64,000 nucleotides of DNA from the human T2T-CHM13v2.0 reference genome, Homo sapiens, in NCBI RefSeq assembly GCF_009914755.1, contig NC_060934.1. One strand, given 5' to 3'. The position numbers and the translations under genes are program-made. This document shows positions 25,683 through 43,459 of the stretch, piece by piece; position 1 is the first letter of the stretch; the number at the start of each line of letters is the position of its first letter. The notes under the pieces were generated by a model, which saw only the letters and a program-made list of their open reading frames with translations, was not told the DNA's origin and did not search any database.

Positions 25683-26114
25683 TGATATGGTGTAGACGTG
25701 TGTCCCCTCCAAGTCTCATGTTGAAGTATGACCTCCAGTGTTGGAGGTGGGCCTAGTGGGAGGTATTTGGGTCATGGGGCTGATTCTTTATGAATGGCCT
25801 GGTGCCATCCCTGTGGCAATAAGTGAGTTCTCACTCTGGTAGTTCACATGAGGGCTGGTTGTTTAAAAGAGTATGAGATCTCCTCCTTTTTCTCTCTCTC
25901 TCTCTCTGTCTGTTACTTTCTTGCCATGGGACACATATGCTCCCATTTGCCTTCTGCCATGATTGTAAACTTCCTGAGGCCTCCCCAGAAGCCAAGCAGA
26001 TGTTAGTGCTATGCTTGTACAGCCCGCAGAACTTTGAGCCAAAATAAACCTCTTTTCCTTTTAAATGACCCAGTCTCAGGTATTCCTTTATAGCAATTTG
26101 CATGGACTAACACA
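25683..26114 (+). mobile_element. MST (MaLR) solo LTR
   Basis: tgatatgg...ggactaacaca with TSD-like gtccc/gtcct. Confidence 0.85.
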
Positions 26115-26369
26115 GTCCTCCAATGGGTGCAGTAGTATCCCATTAAGAACTTGCTCTTTACTTGGGTGGGGGGAGTCACAACATGGCATTTAGGGTAGAA
26201 GACATGATGCAGCCTGTGATTCTGACTGGCTAGCCTGGTGGCTAGAGCGAGATAGGGACTGGAAGGGGGAGACTGGAGCAGAGAAAAAGCAAAGATGCAA
26301 AAGGCATAAGCCAGGTGAGAGATGTGGGCCGAACACAGGTTGGAGGAGTTGGAGACCAGGCAGGGCAAT

Positions 26370-28582
<2,213 letters not shown>

Positions 28583-29534
28583 TGGGAAGTGATGCAAAAT
28601 CCTTATGGCTAGCACTGCCTGGCCCTGACAATGTGCCAGGCTAAGAGCTTGACATGTGCACGTTCACTTAGAATTCAGAGCAATCCTATGCATTCGATGT
28701 CATCATTATTTCCACTTTCAAGAGGAGGGCACCGAAGTACAGAGAAGTGAAGTCATTTGCACAAGGTCACAACAGCTAATTAGTGGTTAAGCTCAGATTG
28801 GAACCCAGCCCATCTTGCTTTCTAGCCTGTGATCTTAACAACTCTATGATAAATGTTTTTGGGGGAAAAGGAATGGGACTCGATGGTGAATAAGATGGCC
28901 TGTGGGACAAAGGCACACATAACTGTAGTTGAGACTTCCAGTTAAAAAAGACAAGCCCTGTGGAGTGCTGGATTGAGACCGCGGGTTATTGCTCCTAGCT
29001 TTTCAGAATAATGTCTGTCTCCTGCCAGCCCTGGCCTCTGGTAGAGGGAGCTTGTTGAAGAAGGGCGTGATGTAGACACTTTGTAGACAGCTTATCACAA
29101 AACATACCTTTGATTGGCACTAGTAACTCACGGGCATTATTTTGTTTAATTTTCACAATAGCCTGTAAGGGTGATATGTCATCAGATCCAATCTACAGGT
29201 GAGGATATGGACACCCGCCCAGGTTATGCGAGCTCTCAAGATCACACAGCTGGTGGGTAGAGGGTAGAGCCTGTCCTCCAATCTGGGCAGTCTGAACACT
29301 GCTGGTCACCTTCTTAACAACCACTCACTGCCTTCTGCCTCTTGGTGGTGAGGGTCTCATCTGGGCCTGCGTCCCTGCCCCCACCCCCTTCTCCCATCAT
29401 ATTTCTGATCTATATTAGGAGTTTGGCTAAAATTCAGTGTGCACACACACTGTATGTCCACATAACACAGACCCACAGACATTGGAATTGGAAGGTTCTC
29501 TTTTAACACAACCTCCTCATTTTTCACAAGCAAT

Positions 29535-29910
29535 TTTTTTTCTTTTTTTATTATACTTTAAGTTCTAGGGTACATGTGCACAACATGCAGGTTTGTTACG
29601 TATGTATACATGTGTCATGTTGGTGTGCTGCACCCATTAACTCTTCATTTACATTAGGTATATCTCCTAATGCTATCCCTCCCCCAACCCCCCACCCCAT
29701 GACAGGCCCCAGTGTGTGATGTTCCCCTTCCTGTGTCCAAGTGTTCTCTTTGTTCAATTCCCACCTATGAGTGAGAACATGCAGTGTTTGGTTTTTTTGT
29801 CCTTGTGATAGTTTGCTGAGAATGATGGTTTCCAGCTTCATCCATGTCCCTACAAAGGACATGAACTCATCCTTTTTTATGGCTGCATAGCATTCCATGG
29901 TGTATATGTT
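29535..29910 (-). mobile_element. L1PA 3' end
   Basis: ttattatactttaagttctagggtacatgtgcacaac. Confidence 0.92.
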
Positions 29911-30631
29911 CACGAGCAATCTCTTGAGGGCCTACTTTGCGCCAGGCACTGTAAGGTGAGTTAGTGACAAGTTGGGCCTGTCCTTATTGAACTCCAGTTT
30001 TTGCTCTGAAACAAATAGATATACAGAAGTGATAAGCAGAAATGAGGCTTCTTACACCCTCTCAAAATGTTTTATGCACTTTTAGCACAGTGCATGGAAG
30101 CCAACTGCTTTGCCTTCTGATATCTAGTTCAATCTCTGGTCAGACATATTAACAAGAACCCCTGTCCCCGTACTGACCCTCATCAACAGCATTGCTGTTG
30201 CTATTCATTTTGCAGACTCATTGTTCTGTTTTTTTTTTTTTTTTTTTTAACTAAGTATATGATTCTGGGGAAGGTGGGTATTACTCTTTTTCTGTTTGAA
30301 GCAAGCCCCATACATCTTTTTCTAGAGAAAAAGCTCTAGATCCCATAAGGACTGGTATTCTTTTTTCTTTCTGTTGATGAGACTTGTCTCATTTCTCTTT
30401 TTCCTTTGGCTTCCAGGAAGCTCAAGAAAAATTTGAAGCCTGGCTTTGGCAAATATGTAGGTCCTAACAGTCTTCATATTTGTGTTGTGGTTCATGATTT
30501 TGAGTTGCTACTTTTATTTGCATTTTCTCAGGCTCTCAATTATTTTGAACTATTGTGGTATCACTATTTTATTCTAAGTCTTCTCAATAGAGGCCATTTC
30601 AAATCCTGTGTGGAATAACAAAGGAGTAAAC

Positions 30632-30840
30632 CAGAAGTCAGTAAACTTTCTCTAAGGGGCAGATAGTAAACATATTTAAGCTTTGAGGGCCATACAGTCT
30701 CTTTAGCAACTACTCAGCTCCACCATTGTGGTGTGAAATCAACCATCGACACTACGTAAATGAATGAGTGTGGTTGTGTTCCAATAAAACTTTATGTACA
30801 ATAGCAGGTGGCAAGCCAGATCTGGCCTGTGGACTGTACT
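30632..30840. mobile_element. MER58A
   Basis: Matches consensus, including gtgttccaataaaactttat. Confidence 0.8.
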
Positions 30841-33800
30841 TTACAGTGTTTTAAAAGAATTTTAGAGCATCTGGGAAGTAATTTCCTCTTAAGTCGGGAA
30901 GTACTTGGCTTAGAAAAAAAAGGAATGGATGGGAATTCTCTCCAAGATGTCTAGTCTCCACTTCCAGGTGACAGATTGTGGAAAAGCAGCTGTGAAAGCT
31001 GTCTGGGCAGTTTGGTTCAGGAGAGGAGAGGGCCGTGCCCAGGAGGGGTCAGTCCCTGACAGAGCAAGCTGTGAGGTCTGCCAGTGAGAGTGCATTCTCT
31101 GGCACACTGGCAGTGCCCACTCCTTGGAGGGGGAGGCAGTAGGGGCAGAGCTCTAGAAGTGCCGGCCAGCCAGGTTCCCCAGCTCGGGCCAATGGGCCTT
31201 CAGCTGCCATGGATGCTGTTCATGGAAGGAATGTGTCTGCAGCTCCAAATTCCCACAGAGAAAGACAAGGGGAATCGTTGGGGAGAAATTCCTGGGCCAC
31301 ATTTTTCTTGCTGTTCATGTGGCCTGAAGCCATTGAACTTGGCCAGCCTGCCCAGGGAGGGATTTACAAAGCCCATTGTCCTTTCCCTGAAGCCTCACCC
31401 CCACCCTGCCCCCACCTGCTCTTTCCAACTTTCTTTCCTCCCCCACCCCCAGGAGAAATGCAGCATGGGAAAGAGCAGGAGGCCATGGGGCCAAGAGGGC
31501 TCTCTGTCCTTGCCATATGGACAAACACAGCAGAAGCTCCCAAAGGGGACAGGTACTTCCCAGCAGCTGTGATGACATCAGACCCTACCATGCACTCAGG
31601 GTGGGAGGCGGTCTCGGTTACCTGAGCAGGAATCACTTAGTGGCATACACGCCACTTACTGTATGCCAAGCACTGTTCTGAGCATTCTGCATAAATTAAC
31701 TCATTAATCCCTGCAAGAACCCTATCATAATCTCCATTTTACAGATGGGGAAACTAAGGCTTGAAGTGGTTAAGTGATTTATGTGGGTTCCAAATAGTAA
31801 GTGGAAAAGTCAGAATTAGAACTGAGGTGTCTGCCTCCAGGGTGATCCTTACTTTCTTACTTCTCACTTTTACTATGTGTGACCCCTCAGCTTAGCATTC
31901 TATTTACAGATATCACCTTAATGGTCTGCAGTTATAGGAAAAATTCATTTTACAAAGCATTTGCAGTCAGTCCTGCACACCTTTTAAGGCTCCCAGCACC
32001 CCCATGCTATAGAACATGAGACCCTGTATATGAACTAGGCCCATCTGGTGTCTGGTCCACTTAGCTGGGGCATAGTACTGTGCACACTGGGAGTTAACTA
32101 GTGCTCCTTGCACTGTTGCTGCTGTGGCTGCTGCTGACACTGTAAGGAGGGACCTCAGTTACCTAGAATGTGTCAGATCCTGGGTTTGTGTTTTCACTGA
32201 ATCATAAGTCATTGACACAACAACCCTGAGAATGATGTTGATAACCTCCTTTTACAGATAAGGAAACTGGGCACATCAATCAGGTAATTCATGCTTGCTG
32301 CTCTAACAGCTCCCAAATCTCAGTGGCTTAATCCCCTAAAGACTCTTCTTGCTCAGGTCACTGGCTCCTGCAGGTCAGCATGAAAAGGGAAGAGGGAGTG
32401 GGGCTGCTCCATGTGGTCACTCAGGGACCCAGGCTCCTTCTAGGACCTCAGTGTCCTCCTCTGAATCCTCTGCTGTGAGATGCAGGGAGAGGGGGCAGGG
32501 AGTTTCTCAAGGGATTTTAGGAGCTGGTGCTGACAGCAGCCTCAGAAGCCTCAGAGGTCACCTGTCACTCCTACCTGTGTTTCCTTGACCAGGGTTTAGT
32601 CATGTGACCCTGTCTTACTGCAGGGAGGATGGGAGGCGGAGTCAATCTTTGCAGCTGCAAGAGAAGCAGAGGCTTTGGCTGCCACACCGGTCCAGAGGGG
32701 TGAGGTGCTGTAAGGGACAGTCAGAACTTTTGGCACCCAAGCTGGTGCGTTGCCACCACACTGCTTTGACTGAAACTGACGCCAAAGCTATCTGAATTGA
32801 ATTCCAACTTCTACCATCTTGAAAGACTCTCAGTTCATGTGGACAACGAATGGGGTAGAAGGCCCTGAGGGTTGTCAGCATTGGCTGTGATATGAAAAAA
32901 AGAGAATGGCACATGGCAAATGCCCGACACCCTTCCCTTTCTCAGTGGAGCTGTGGCCAGGTGTGCTCACAGGTGGAGGGGCGGGAATTGGGAGAGTTTC
33001 TGCCCTGAGGAAAGGGGAGCATGGGCGCTTGCTGTGGCCACCTAGCTGTGGAAGGAGAAAGGCGCAGGATGGGGCCCGGCAGAGGCTGGCCTGGGTCCTG
33101 TTCAAAGCATAGATAGATGTTGGGGTGGGGAAGGTCCCTTGTTCCTCGGGGTTTTGCTGCAGAAACTGCAATTCTTCGAGGGTGTTCTGCCTTCTGAGAA
33201 TACCTCCACACTCTGCTCAGTCTTGAGGGGGAGGTCTCTGCCAGACGAGGGCACTGGGTTGCCCCAGGATGATGGGCACAGGGTGGTATCTTCCAAGCTG
33301 GCCTTGGTGTTGCCAATGAGAGGACAGCTGTATAGAAATAGGGGGTTGAGCCTGTGGAGCTGCCAGCAGGGGAAGGAAAGGGCTGCCAAGTCTCTGCAGG
33401 ATCAGGCAGGGGACCTTCATGCTAGAGGACAAAGTTTGCAAGCTCTTGTGCCCTCGCCACTATTTTCCGGGCTGAGTTGGCCTCAGATGGCCAGGTCAGA
33501 CCCAGCTCTACTGTTGCATAGCTCAGAAGACCACTGTCCCCCCACCTGCTAGTTACTCAGTACCAAGTTGGCTCACTCAACCTCCAGTGCCTCTGTTTCC
33601 CCACTTCCTACAGCCAGGCCTCAATCCACCCAACAGACCTCCTGTAAACCAAACCTCAAAAAACATTTTTCAGACTATGGACACCAGTTCATTAGAGGGG
33701 TCATGAAATCAATTCTGTGGGCTTTGTCTGGAATTTTTAAGAAGGAGATAGACTCACATAGGACAGAACATGCCAGAAGGCACTGCATGTAGGAACAGCG

Positions 33801-35049
33801 GTGTTTCCTGAAGCCTCAGCTTCTGTTGCCCTGGGCTCCCAGGGGGCAATGTAATGTCTATTTCTTGTCAAAAAAGTGTGAAAACACTGTGTTGGTGTAT
33901 TTGTCTCATTCCTTTCAGAAAACCTGGGCTCTTTGTGCAAATTAGTCCACAAATTTCTTTTCCTCCCCAAGCTCTCTCAACCAATCACCCCTCTTCTGCA
34001 GGCCAAAGAAGGGCACAATCTTTGCCAGGCCACTCAATAAAAAAAAAACCCCATCACCAAGGGCTGCAAAAATTCCTGTTATACAGGAATCCCAGGAGGC
34101 CGGCTGCTTTCTAGCCTTGCATTTGCATATCTAAGAGGGCCACTTAAGTGACCCTTCACAGGACAAAGAAGGTTAGCTTCTCTTAATTTTTAAAAAATGA
34201 AAAGAAAGAAATCCTTCTGGTTTCCACATTCCTTCAGGGCAGCCCTTGCGGGGTGGCTGGTCTTGCAGCTCTGCTCTGGTGCATCAGCCAGAGGGTCCTC
34301 TGCTTCTCCAGCGTTATTCCTGCCACCAGGATTTGTGGAGCCCTGCTCTGTGCCAGACATGGAAGACTGTGGACCAGAGCCCCTTCCTGGAGCCCTCTCC
34401 TCATCCTCGGGCTGTGTACATGTGATGAGGATAAGTGGCTCACATCCCTCTCCAGCCTCACTATGGGTGTGTTGCTCCTGTCCCCACATGCTCCAGCTCT
34501 GCCCCCAAGCCCATCAGGGGAGGCCTGGTTCTCCAGGATGCTGGAATTCTCAGTCTTTCCTATGCTGACTTGACGGGAGGTTCTCATGTTTATTGAGCAT
34601 CTGCTGTGTGCCAGGCACTGCTGTATTCCAAAATGTCTGCCAAGGGCCTGCAAAGGTCATTACTGTCACCATCCAGTGAAACTCAGGAAGATGAGGTGAC
34701 TTTTCAAGGTGGCGCACACAGGGGGGAAGCAGCAGGTCCTCTCCTCGGTCTCTTGGATGCCTGCAGCTCTGTTCTTCCCACCTGACCGCAGGCCTCCGGG
34801 AGCGGCACCGGAAGTCCCAGGGGCAGTGCCTCGGGCCAAGTAAATGATACAGCATGGCTGGAGCAGCATGCTGCATGGATGGAGGTGCTAGGCAGAGAGG
34901 GGGTGCAGGAAGATGGGAGACCCGCCAGGAGTGGACAGCAGGAACAGGAGCTTGGTCTTCCGGCCCCTGAGAGTGTGGACTGGATTCCAAGACTAGTGAG
35001 CATGGGCCCTGCTGCGGAGGGCCAGTGGCCCTGGCAGTGTCACTCCCAA

Positions 35050-35480
35050 TGCCACAATGGTATGAGTTTTCCATAGGGATGCCATAACTAACTCCCACAA
35101 ACTGGGTGGCTTAAAACAACAGAAACTTCTTTGGTTAGAGTTCTGGAGGCCAGAAGTCCAGGATCGCGGTGGAGCTCTAAAGGCTTGAGGGAGGAATCCT
35201 TCCTTGCCTCTTCCAGCTGCTGGTGACTTCCAGGTTCCCTAGAAACCCTTGGCTTGTAGACCCATCCCCCAGCTTCTGCTTCTGTCTTCACATGACCTTC
35301 CTCCCTCTGTGTCTCTGTGCATCCTGTCTGTCCTCTCCTCTGCTTCTAAGGACACCAACCATTGGATTTGGGGCCGCTCTAATTCAGGATTACCTCCTCT
35401 TAGCTCATTGCATCTGCATGAATTCTGGGGGACACTATTCAACTCAAGACAACAACTTCCCTTCTTTCCTAACCTTGGCC
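35050..35480 (-). mobile_element. MLT1 LTR
   Basis: ccacaaactgggtggcttaaaacaacagaaac...ctggaggccagaagtcc. Confidence 0.8.
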
Positions 35481-36290
35481 TCCCAAACTCTGTCCCCTCA
35501 ATCTCAAGTCAACAGAAAAGCATCAGGGAGAGCTATGTTCTTGGAACCCACGAAGGCAACGGACTAGCAGAAGACTCTCCAGACCTGGTGTTTTTCAGTA
35601 ATTGTAATTCCAGTTTTTGGGATTCTGGTATTCCAGAATAATGTGCTTTTGAGAAATGCTGAACTATTAGTATTTTTGTGACATGTTTTTTAAAAATTAG
35701 AACCATTTACACCTGGGAATGCACTACAGTAGGCGTTTGGATCCAGTAAAGGAAAGCTTGTTTAGAAAGCAGTTTTCTATTCTTCCACAACCCAGAAGGA
35801 GGGGAACTACGCTGCCTCCATCATGATAGAAATCTTCACTCTGCTTCAGAGACTTTCCAGCCTGGAATTTGCTCCAGGTGACACACTGGCATCTCCACCT
35901 ACCCATATTAACACTGGAGAAGATGACCACAAACCAGGAATGCTTTCTCTGAAATAAAACTAAAGCTCATGATCAAATAAAAAAATGTAGTTCCTGCCAA
36001 CAAAAAAGAAGGGAGGTTAAAATAAAAGATATCTTCTAAAGTGGGGAAGAAGAAATGGAATTACTTGAAGATGAAAAACTCAAAGGATAATATTGGAAAT
36101 TAGTTTGAAATTTAGCTTGGAACGTCTCACCATTGCCTTGACCAGCCTAGAGTAAACAAAAGGTTTCAGCAGCCGGAAAAAATGGGCACAAAAATATGCT
36201 CATGATCCAGATAACATCAAATAGTAGATTTTCATTCCAAATATTATTAGAAGTTTCTTTATCTTGTAGGGTTTAGTTCATTACTTTTGA

Positions 36291-36640
<350 letters not shown>

Positions 36641-37293
36641 AACATTTTTAACATTTATATTTCACAGATTTTTGTTTTCACTTAATGCTTCTAATATTTA
36701 CTTTTTATTTGAAATGTCTAATATTTTAGCTGAATTTTAAAATGTTAGGCATTCTGAATACCTTTCCATAGAAAATATTGATAATCAGTGTTGGTATTTT
36801 AGCAATGTAGGGAATAAATACTTGTATTCCTTCATGTTGTTTTTCTCTGGTACTGCAATTATAATGCTGTGCTAATTAGCTATTGTTAAATAGCTGTAAA
36901 TTAATTTAAATACATTGACTTATAATAAATTTTTTAATTTAAACTAATTTATAGCCTTTACCAATAACTAACCATGTGCCAAGCAACACGTTTAACATCC
37001 TACATGGAACTACTTTTGTCACGGCCATTTTTCAAATAAGGAGCCTGAAGTTTACAGGGTTCTGTGACTCGCTCTGGACCTCAGATCTGGGGAGAGGCTG
37101 AGCCGTGATTGAAACTCAGACAGTAAGACTGAGCACCTCACCCTTAACCATGACCCCACAGGACAAATAATTAAGAGTGTCAAATAAGTCAGCCAATACA
37201 TAATAACCATCATTTTCTAGCCATCTTTGCTTTTGAGTTTATTATGTGCACTAGTACACACAGACTCTAACCCCATAGAGATCAGGCAGGTAA

Positions 37294-37629
<336 letters not shown>

Positions 37630-38559
37630 TAGAAATCTATATATTTTTAGTGGGTAAAATCCTGTGCATTGAAAATATTGCATGAGCCAAACAAAATATG
37701 TCTGTGAGCCAGAATCAGCCCATGGGTAGTCAGCCCTGGCTTGCAGCTCAGTTTGCAGCCTGAGAACTAGACTCCATTTCTTGTTATTGTTGCCTCTCCC
37801 AACCATGACTTTTAGCATTCTTTCTGCTTTTGGATGATTGCTCCTTCATTGGTTTAATTTATCACGCACTTTTAAAGAACCAGGCACCTTAAAAGCAGCG
37901 CTTTGGAGCAAAACAACATCAAGGCTACTCAACCCCGGACTAGGAGTTCTTGAGGGAGGGGATCACATCTCAGGATCTCCTAGTCCAGGGTTGGGTAGGC
38001 TTGATGTTGTTTTGCTTGAAAGTGCTGCTTCTCCAATTTTAAGATGCACACAGAGCACCCAGGACAAACTGCAAGAACACAGATTCTGTTTGAGGTGGCA
38101 TGGGTGGGGCCCCAGGGTCTGTATTTCCACCAAGCTCCCAGGTGATGCTGATGCAGCTGGCCCATGGACCACACGTGCATAGGAAGAACCTACTCTGGGG
38201 AGCAGCCTATGTCTCAGAGGGTTCCTGAGCTGACAGTTGGAGGAGGCTCTGTACTTGGGTTTGGTTTCTCAGAGGTGACCTGGGTCATTCAACCCCCACC
38301 TACTAATCCCCTGCCACATTCCTCCCCACATCCTAATTTATCTAGGGATTTAGTCTAGCTGAGATCACTCATAAAGAATTTTATCTACATCTTTGTTCTG
38401 CGCTGGCACAAGCATACCTCCTCCTGCGCATCACCCCTTCCTGCCCGGTGCGCTATCACCATCTGAGGGACTTCTGTGCACATCCTTCTGTGTCTCTGTG
38501 TCACAGAACCGTGGTGCCCAGCACCAGCCTGATCTTCTTGAGCCTCCTGCTAAGAGCAT

Positions 38560-39320
38560 GACCCTGCTGAGAGTCAGCCTGGAGTCTAGATCCATGCAGC
38601 TAGCCCGCTGCAGGACAGGCGGCATCCTGGAGCCCCCAAAGGCAATGGAAGTGTCCCCCTGTGTAGAACAGGCTGTGGGGTCAGGCAGGCAGGCAGAGTG
38701 TCACACTAAAGAGAGAGGCTGGGCCAGTGCACTGGAGTATAGACCATGTTATGCACCCAGGAAGCCAAGCTGGTCCAGGCAGGCAGTCCTATTGGTGGGA
38801 CACTAAAGGCACCTTCCAGTTGGCATCATTCAAGAGATGTGGCTGAAGTTTGATCACCTAATTGGGACCCTGGCCTCGATCTGCAAGGATGAAGGTGCAG
38901 GCCACCCTCCAAGGGTGACATTACCTATTGAGCTCCATGGGGGGAGTTCAGTTAAAGGCCCCTTTGCCGTATTGGATCAGGAAGAGCCACCTGTGAAGTG
39001 TATGCTGGAGCCTTGCTATCAGCAGGTTGGACAGGAGAAGGCTGTAGGGCAGGGGCCGGGTGCTGGAGGGAAGAGCATGGCACGAGAATGTGGTGGGAGC
39101 TGTGCATGCCCAGCCCTTGGAGAAGCCACTTTCCCTCTCTGGATGTCAAGTTTATGAATGAGATGAGGACCATGATAAGATGTGCACCAAACTCACTCAG
39201 GACTTGAGCTCTGAGGGCCAGTGCATTTGCAGGAAGAGACCAGCAAGGAATGTTCGAAGGTTGTACCCACAGGATGGAGCCCAGCAGGTCAGAACAGAGG
39301 GCCACTTCCTGCATTTAAAT
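38560..39320 (-). pseudogene. Possible tyrosine-kinase-like domain relic of gene A
   Basis: Ordered degenerate motifs: GPLF, NLRTFL (39245-39262), HPA..LLLSNLLIARL (39008-39040), RWL, PWS, VTLGGWP (38905-38919), GSRMP..SC..LDSRLTLS. Spacing is shorter than canonical. Confidence 0.3.
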
Positions 39321-39336
39321 TCAGAAACTCATTGTC

Positions 39337-39510
39337 AGGGCCAGTTTCATGGCCTTTAACTAGGGCATGTGCTCAGTGACACCCTTGCCTCTTGAAGGGC
39401 TCTGCATTTAGAATTGAATGCTCTGTGGTTAGTGTCTTGAAATTCTTAATCATTCTATCTTTAAATTTGTGTTTTTTAAGTGAAGTCGAGTGGGCCAGTG
39501 GAGCGTATGC
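39337..39510. mobile_element. MER91/Zaphod-type hAT fragment
   Basis: cagggccagtttcatgg...gtcttgaaattcttaat. Confidence 0.6.
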
Positions 39511-40834
39511 TGAGGGCTGGGGCCCTTCTGCAGTCCTGCCTCCTGCTGCCTCTGCCTCCGCCTCCTGTGAGTGGGTTTTCCTGGCTCCCTCCTGCCTCCT
39601 GATTCCCAGGCCTCTGCCCCGCCTCTCCTGGCCCTGCCCAGTGGCTATTGCTGTCTTCCCCTCATGCCCAGTGGAGGCCTGACCACAGGCATGAGGAGGG
39701 CTGGGGTTGGGGTCAGGCACCCCAGAGTGTTTTGGGGTGGAGTATGCTCAGGGTCGGCAGTGCCAGTGCCACAGGGTGGGTATCTTTGTGGGGATGGGTC
39801 TGTTGCCCATCCCCAATCCAGGTGCCTAGTGCATGGCAGAGTGGAGGCTGAACACCCTTGGGGGTGGCCTGTCCACTGCAGGTGGGGTAGCAGGCTGTCG
39901 GAAGAGGAGCTGCCTGGCTGGACTTCCTTGCCCAGGTTGGTGTCTGTATGTAGAAAGGAAGGCTCCATAGGAGAGCTGGGGAGGCTGAGCCCAGGAGTCA
40001 TCTCCCTATTGGTGCCCATTTTCAGTACACCCTCAGCAGAGCAGCACGGTCCTAGTGACTGGTGGGAGAGGGACCTGGCTGCTGGTGGGCATGTATGGAG
40101 CAACTTGGGGGCCCCTGGGTGTCTGTGAGGGTCTGTTCTCACCCCTTGAGTATCCATGTGCCCAAGGGGACACACCAGCTAAATATCAACTAAAAAACAT
40201 GGTGCAGGGGCTAGCCCTAGGCCCGCACAGAGATGTGCAGCCCTTCACATCCATTTGTGTGGCCATTGAGCCCCGCAGAGTCCTCCTTCCATCACAGTGG
40301 AGAAGCTCAGAGCTGCAGGGAAGCGGGGTGGCCTCCAGGCTCCTCACTGCCTTGGGGACAGCCCTCCTGAGCACAGTGCCCAGAATCAAACACAGTCCAG
40401 GGACATCTCTCTGCATCCCAGATTCACACCACCCTGAGCACAGCCTCAGGGCCCCTGCTTCTGGGGTGGCTCACCCACTCTGCTCAGGACCAGCTAGAGA
40501 ATTTTTGGGGACTCAAGGCAAAAATAAACATGTCCTGTATTTAAAAAAAGGAAAAAAAGTGCCATTAAAGGGATTAAGTATAAAGTTTTTTTTCTTTTTT
40601 CTGCTGTCTCTTGACCTGTCAGTGAGTAGTTCTCAGACCAGCAGCACCAGTATTGTCCAGAGTTCATTAGAAATGCAGATTCCTTGACTCACTCCAGGCC
40701 TCTGGAGCCAGGGAAGGGCCAGCAGCCTGGGGGATTCTGATGCACCAGGAAATTTGAGAAGCACAGCTGTAAAGCGATGATTATTAGATTTTTTGTTTGT
40801 TTTAAAGCAACACAACTAAAAAATTAAAATCTCA

Positions 40835-41239
<405 letters not shown>

Positions 41240-41523
41240 TCACATGATGATTACAGCTGTCTTGCCAAGTAGGCAGTTTCCCTTCTACGATCAGATGATG
41301 AAAATGAAGCCCATGGGATTTAAGTTATTGGTCCAGGTTCTTTTATTGAGCAAATGGCAGAGCTCAAATGTGAATCTAGCTCTGTCTTACTCCAAGTCTG
41401 AGGCTCCCACCCCCTCCCCATCCCTGCCGTTCTTTCTTTGTTCATCCTTCCTTCTTTCTCTTTCTCCCCTTGCTTCTTTCATTTTTGCCTGTAGAGCACC
41501 TGTTCTATGCTGGTGTTCTCATC

Positions 41524-42325
41524 TAGGCCTGTGCTGTCCAATACGGTGCCACCACACATGTGGGTCCTGAGCATGTGAATGAAGCAGGTGTGCCTGAGCA
41601 ATGGAATTGTCAATTTAATTTAATTTACATTAGTTTAAAAACTGACATTCAGTTCCATTGCTGAAAAACATTTAAGTATGTTTGGAATAACTTGGGTATG
41701 TGACTCTACTTTTCAATCATACATTTTATGAAATCTAAATGCCGATCAAAGATGGCTATAGTTAATTAATATATTACATAATTTCAAATAGGAGGACAGT
41801 GAATGCTCGCAACACAAATAAATGGTAAATGCTTGAGATGGTGGATATGCTAATCACCCTAATCTGATCACTGTACAATATATGTATCAAAACATCACTA
41901 TGTACCCCATGAATATGTACAATTATTATGTGTCAATTTAAAAAATTAAAAAATTAGAATAAGTAAATATATATCAAGTACTTCCAGTGAAAATTTAGTG
42001 TCTGCATGGAAATGTGCTTTAAGTGTAAATACCAATTTAGACTTGGAAGCAAAAAAGAATGTGGAATATTTCACTAATGTTTATTTTGATTACATATTGA
42101 AATGATAGTATTTTGGAGCCAGTAGTTTAAATAAAAATACATTATTAAGAACAATTTCACTAGCTTTCTTTCCTTTTAGTTTTAAAAAAATTTTAAATTT
42201 TTAGTCCTTGTGAGTGTGTAGTAGGTGTATATATTTATGCAGATATTTTCACATGTGTACTCACTAGAAAATTTACAACCACAAACATGGCTTGCATTAC
42301 ATCTCTATAGAAGAGCGCTGCTCTA
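41524..42325. mobile_element. Charlie1/MER33-type element with an inserted L1MA 3' end (~41750-41960)
   Basis: ctgtgctgtccaata start and gagcgctgctctag end. Confidence 0.7.
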
Positions 42326-43459
42326 GGACACGATTTTGGCCAAAGGAATGATCCTGCTCAAGGGGACTCTTTCCAGGGAGCCTGCAGGAGTTTCCCACAC
42401 CTGGTCCTGTGCTGAGCTGAGAGAAGTGAGGCTAAGACAGGAGAACCCCACTGCAAAGCCAGGAAGTGTAAGAGCCACTCCCATCTCAGGGGTGGGGATC
42501 ACTGGCAAACTTCTCATCTAATTTCATTTCTGTCATTACCCATCATCTGGCGCTCTGCAGACAACCTCAGCAGGGGCTGCACGAGGTCAGGCCAAGACTC
42601 AGGCTGGCTGGTACCAGGTGCCGAGATAGGCCGGTATCAGCATCCTCCCCACTCAGGCGGCGGCTAATGTGATCAGGGATGCTCTGGGCATGTCAGACAC
42701 ACAGTATCTGTCTCCTCTGCGGAGTAATCTGTGCACACTGGCTCTCCTTCAAGGTCAGGCCTCCCTTTAAGACAGCAGGCAGCAGTCTCCTATCTGCTCC
42801 AAGGGCAGGCTGGATAAGGCCAGGCAGCTACAAGCTCCATGCCTGAGGGCGACTTCAATGACCTTGTGTAGCCATAAGACGGGCAGGAACTGGCTCCCTC
42901 TGGACAAACTTGGCTATAGAATGCCAGCTGGTGCCATTCTACTCGTTCAAGCAGACACGTCGGAGGTCACTGGGCCAGCCCTCTCGTCTTACACAGGGGG
43001 AAACTGAGATTCAGAGAAGGGAAGAAATCTAATCTGGTTGCCCTTGAGAGCTAGGGTCTGAGCTGAGTCTGGAAGCCACTTAAACAGGCCCCCAAGGCAG
43101 AGATGTTGTTAGTGATCAGGACTCCCTGGCTTGATCCTGGAGAACTTGACACATAAACTTGTAAATGCACGAAAGACTCAGGGCTCTGCTTTAAGCAGCC
43201 TGGCTTCTGCGCTGCCTCCCACAGGGGTCCCCGCTACTCCTGTGGCAGTGTGGTCTTTTCTGTCGACATTGCCAGGGTAGGGGTGGGGGCACAGAATAGA
43301 CATTGGTGGAGATGAGCATCAGACATTACAGTTCTTGTAAGCCCCTCAGTTGGTCTACCCTGAGTGATCTTTCTAACACATAGTTTTTGTTTTATTTTTA
43401 AGGATTCAAATGTACTTTACTTTTTCCATAATGCCATATTTTAATGGGCACATGGAGCT

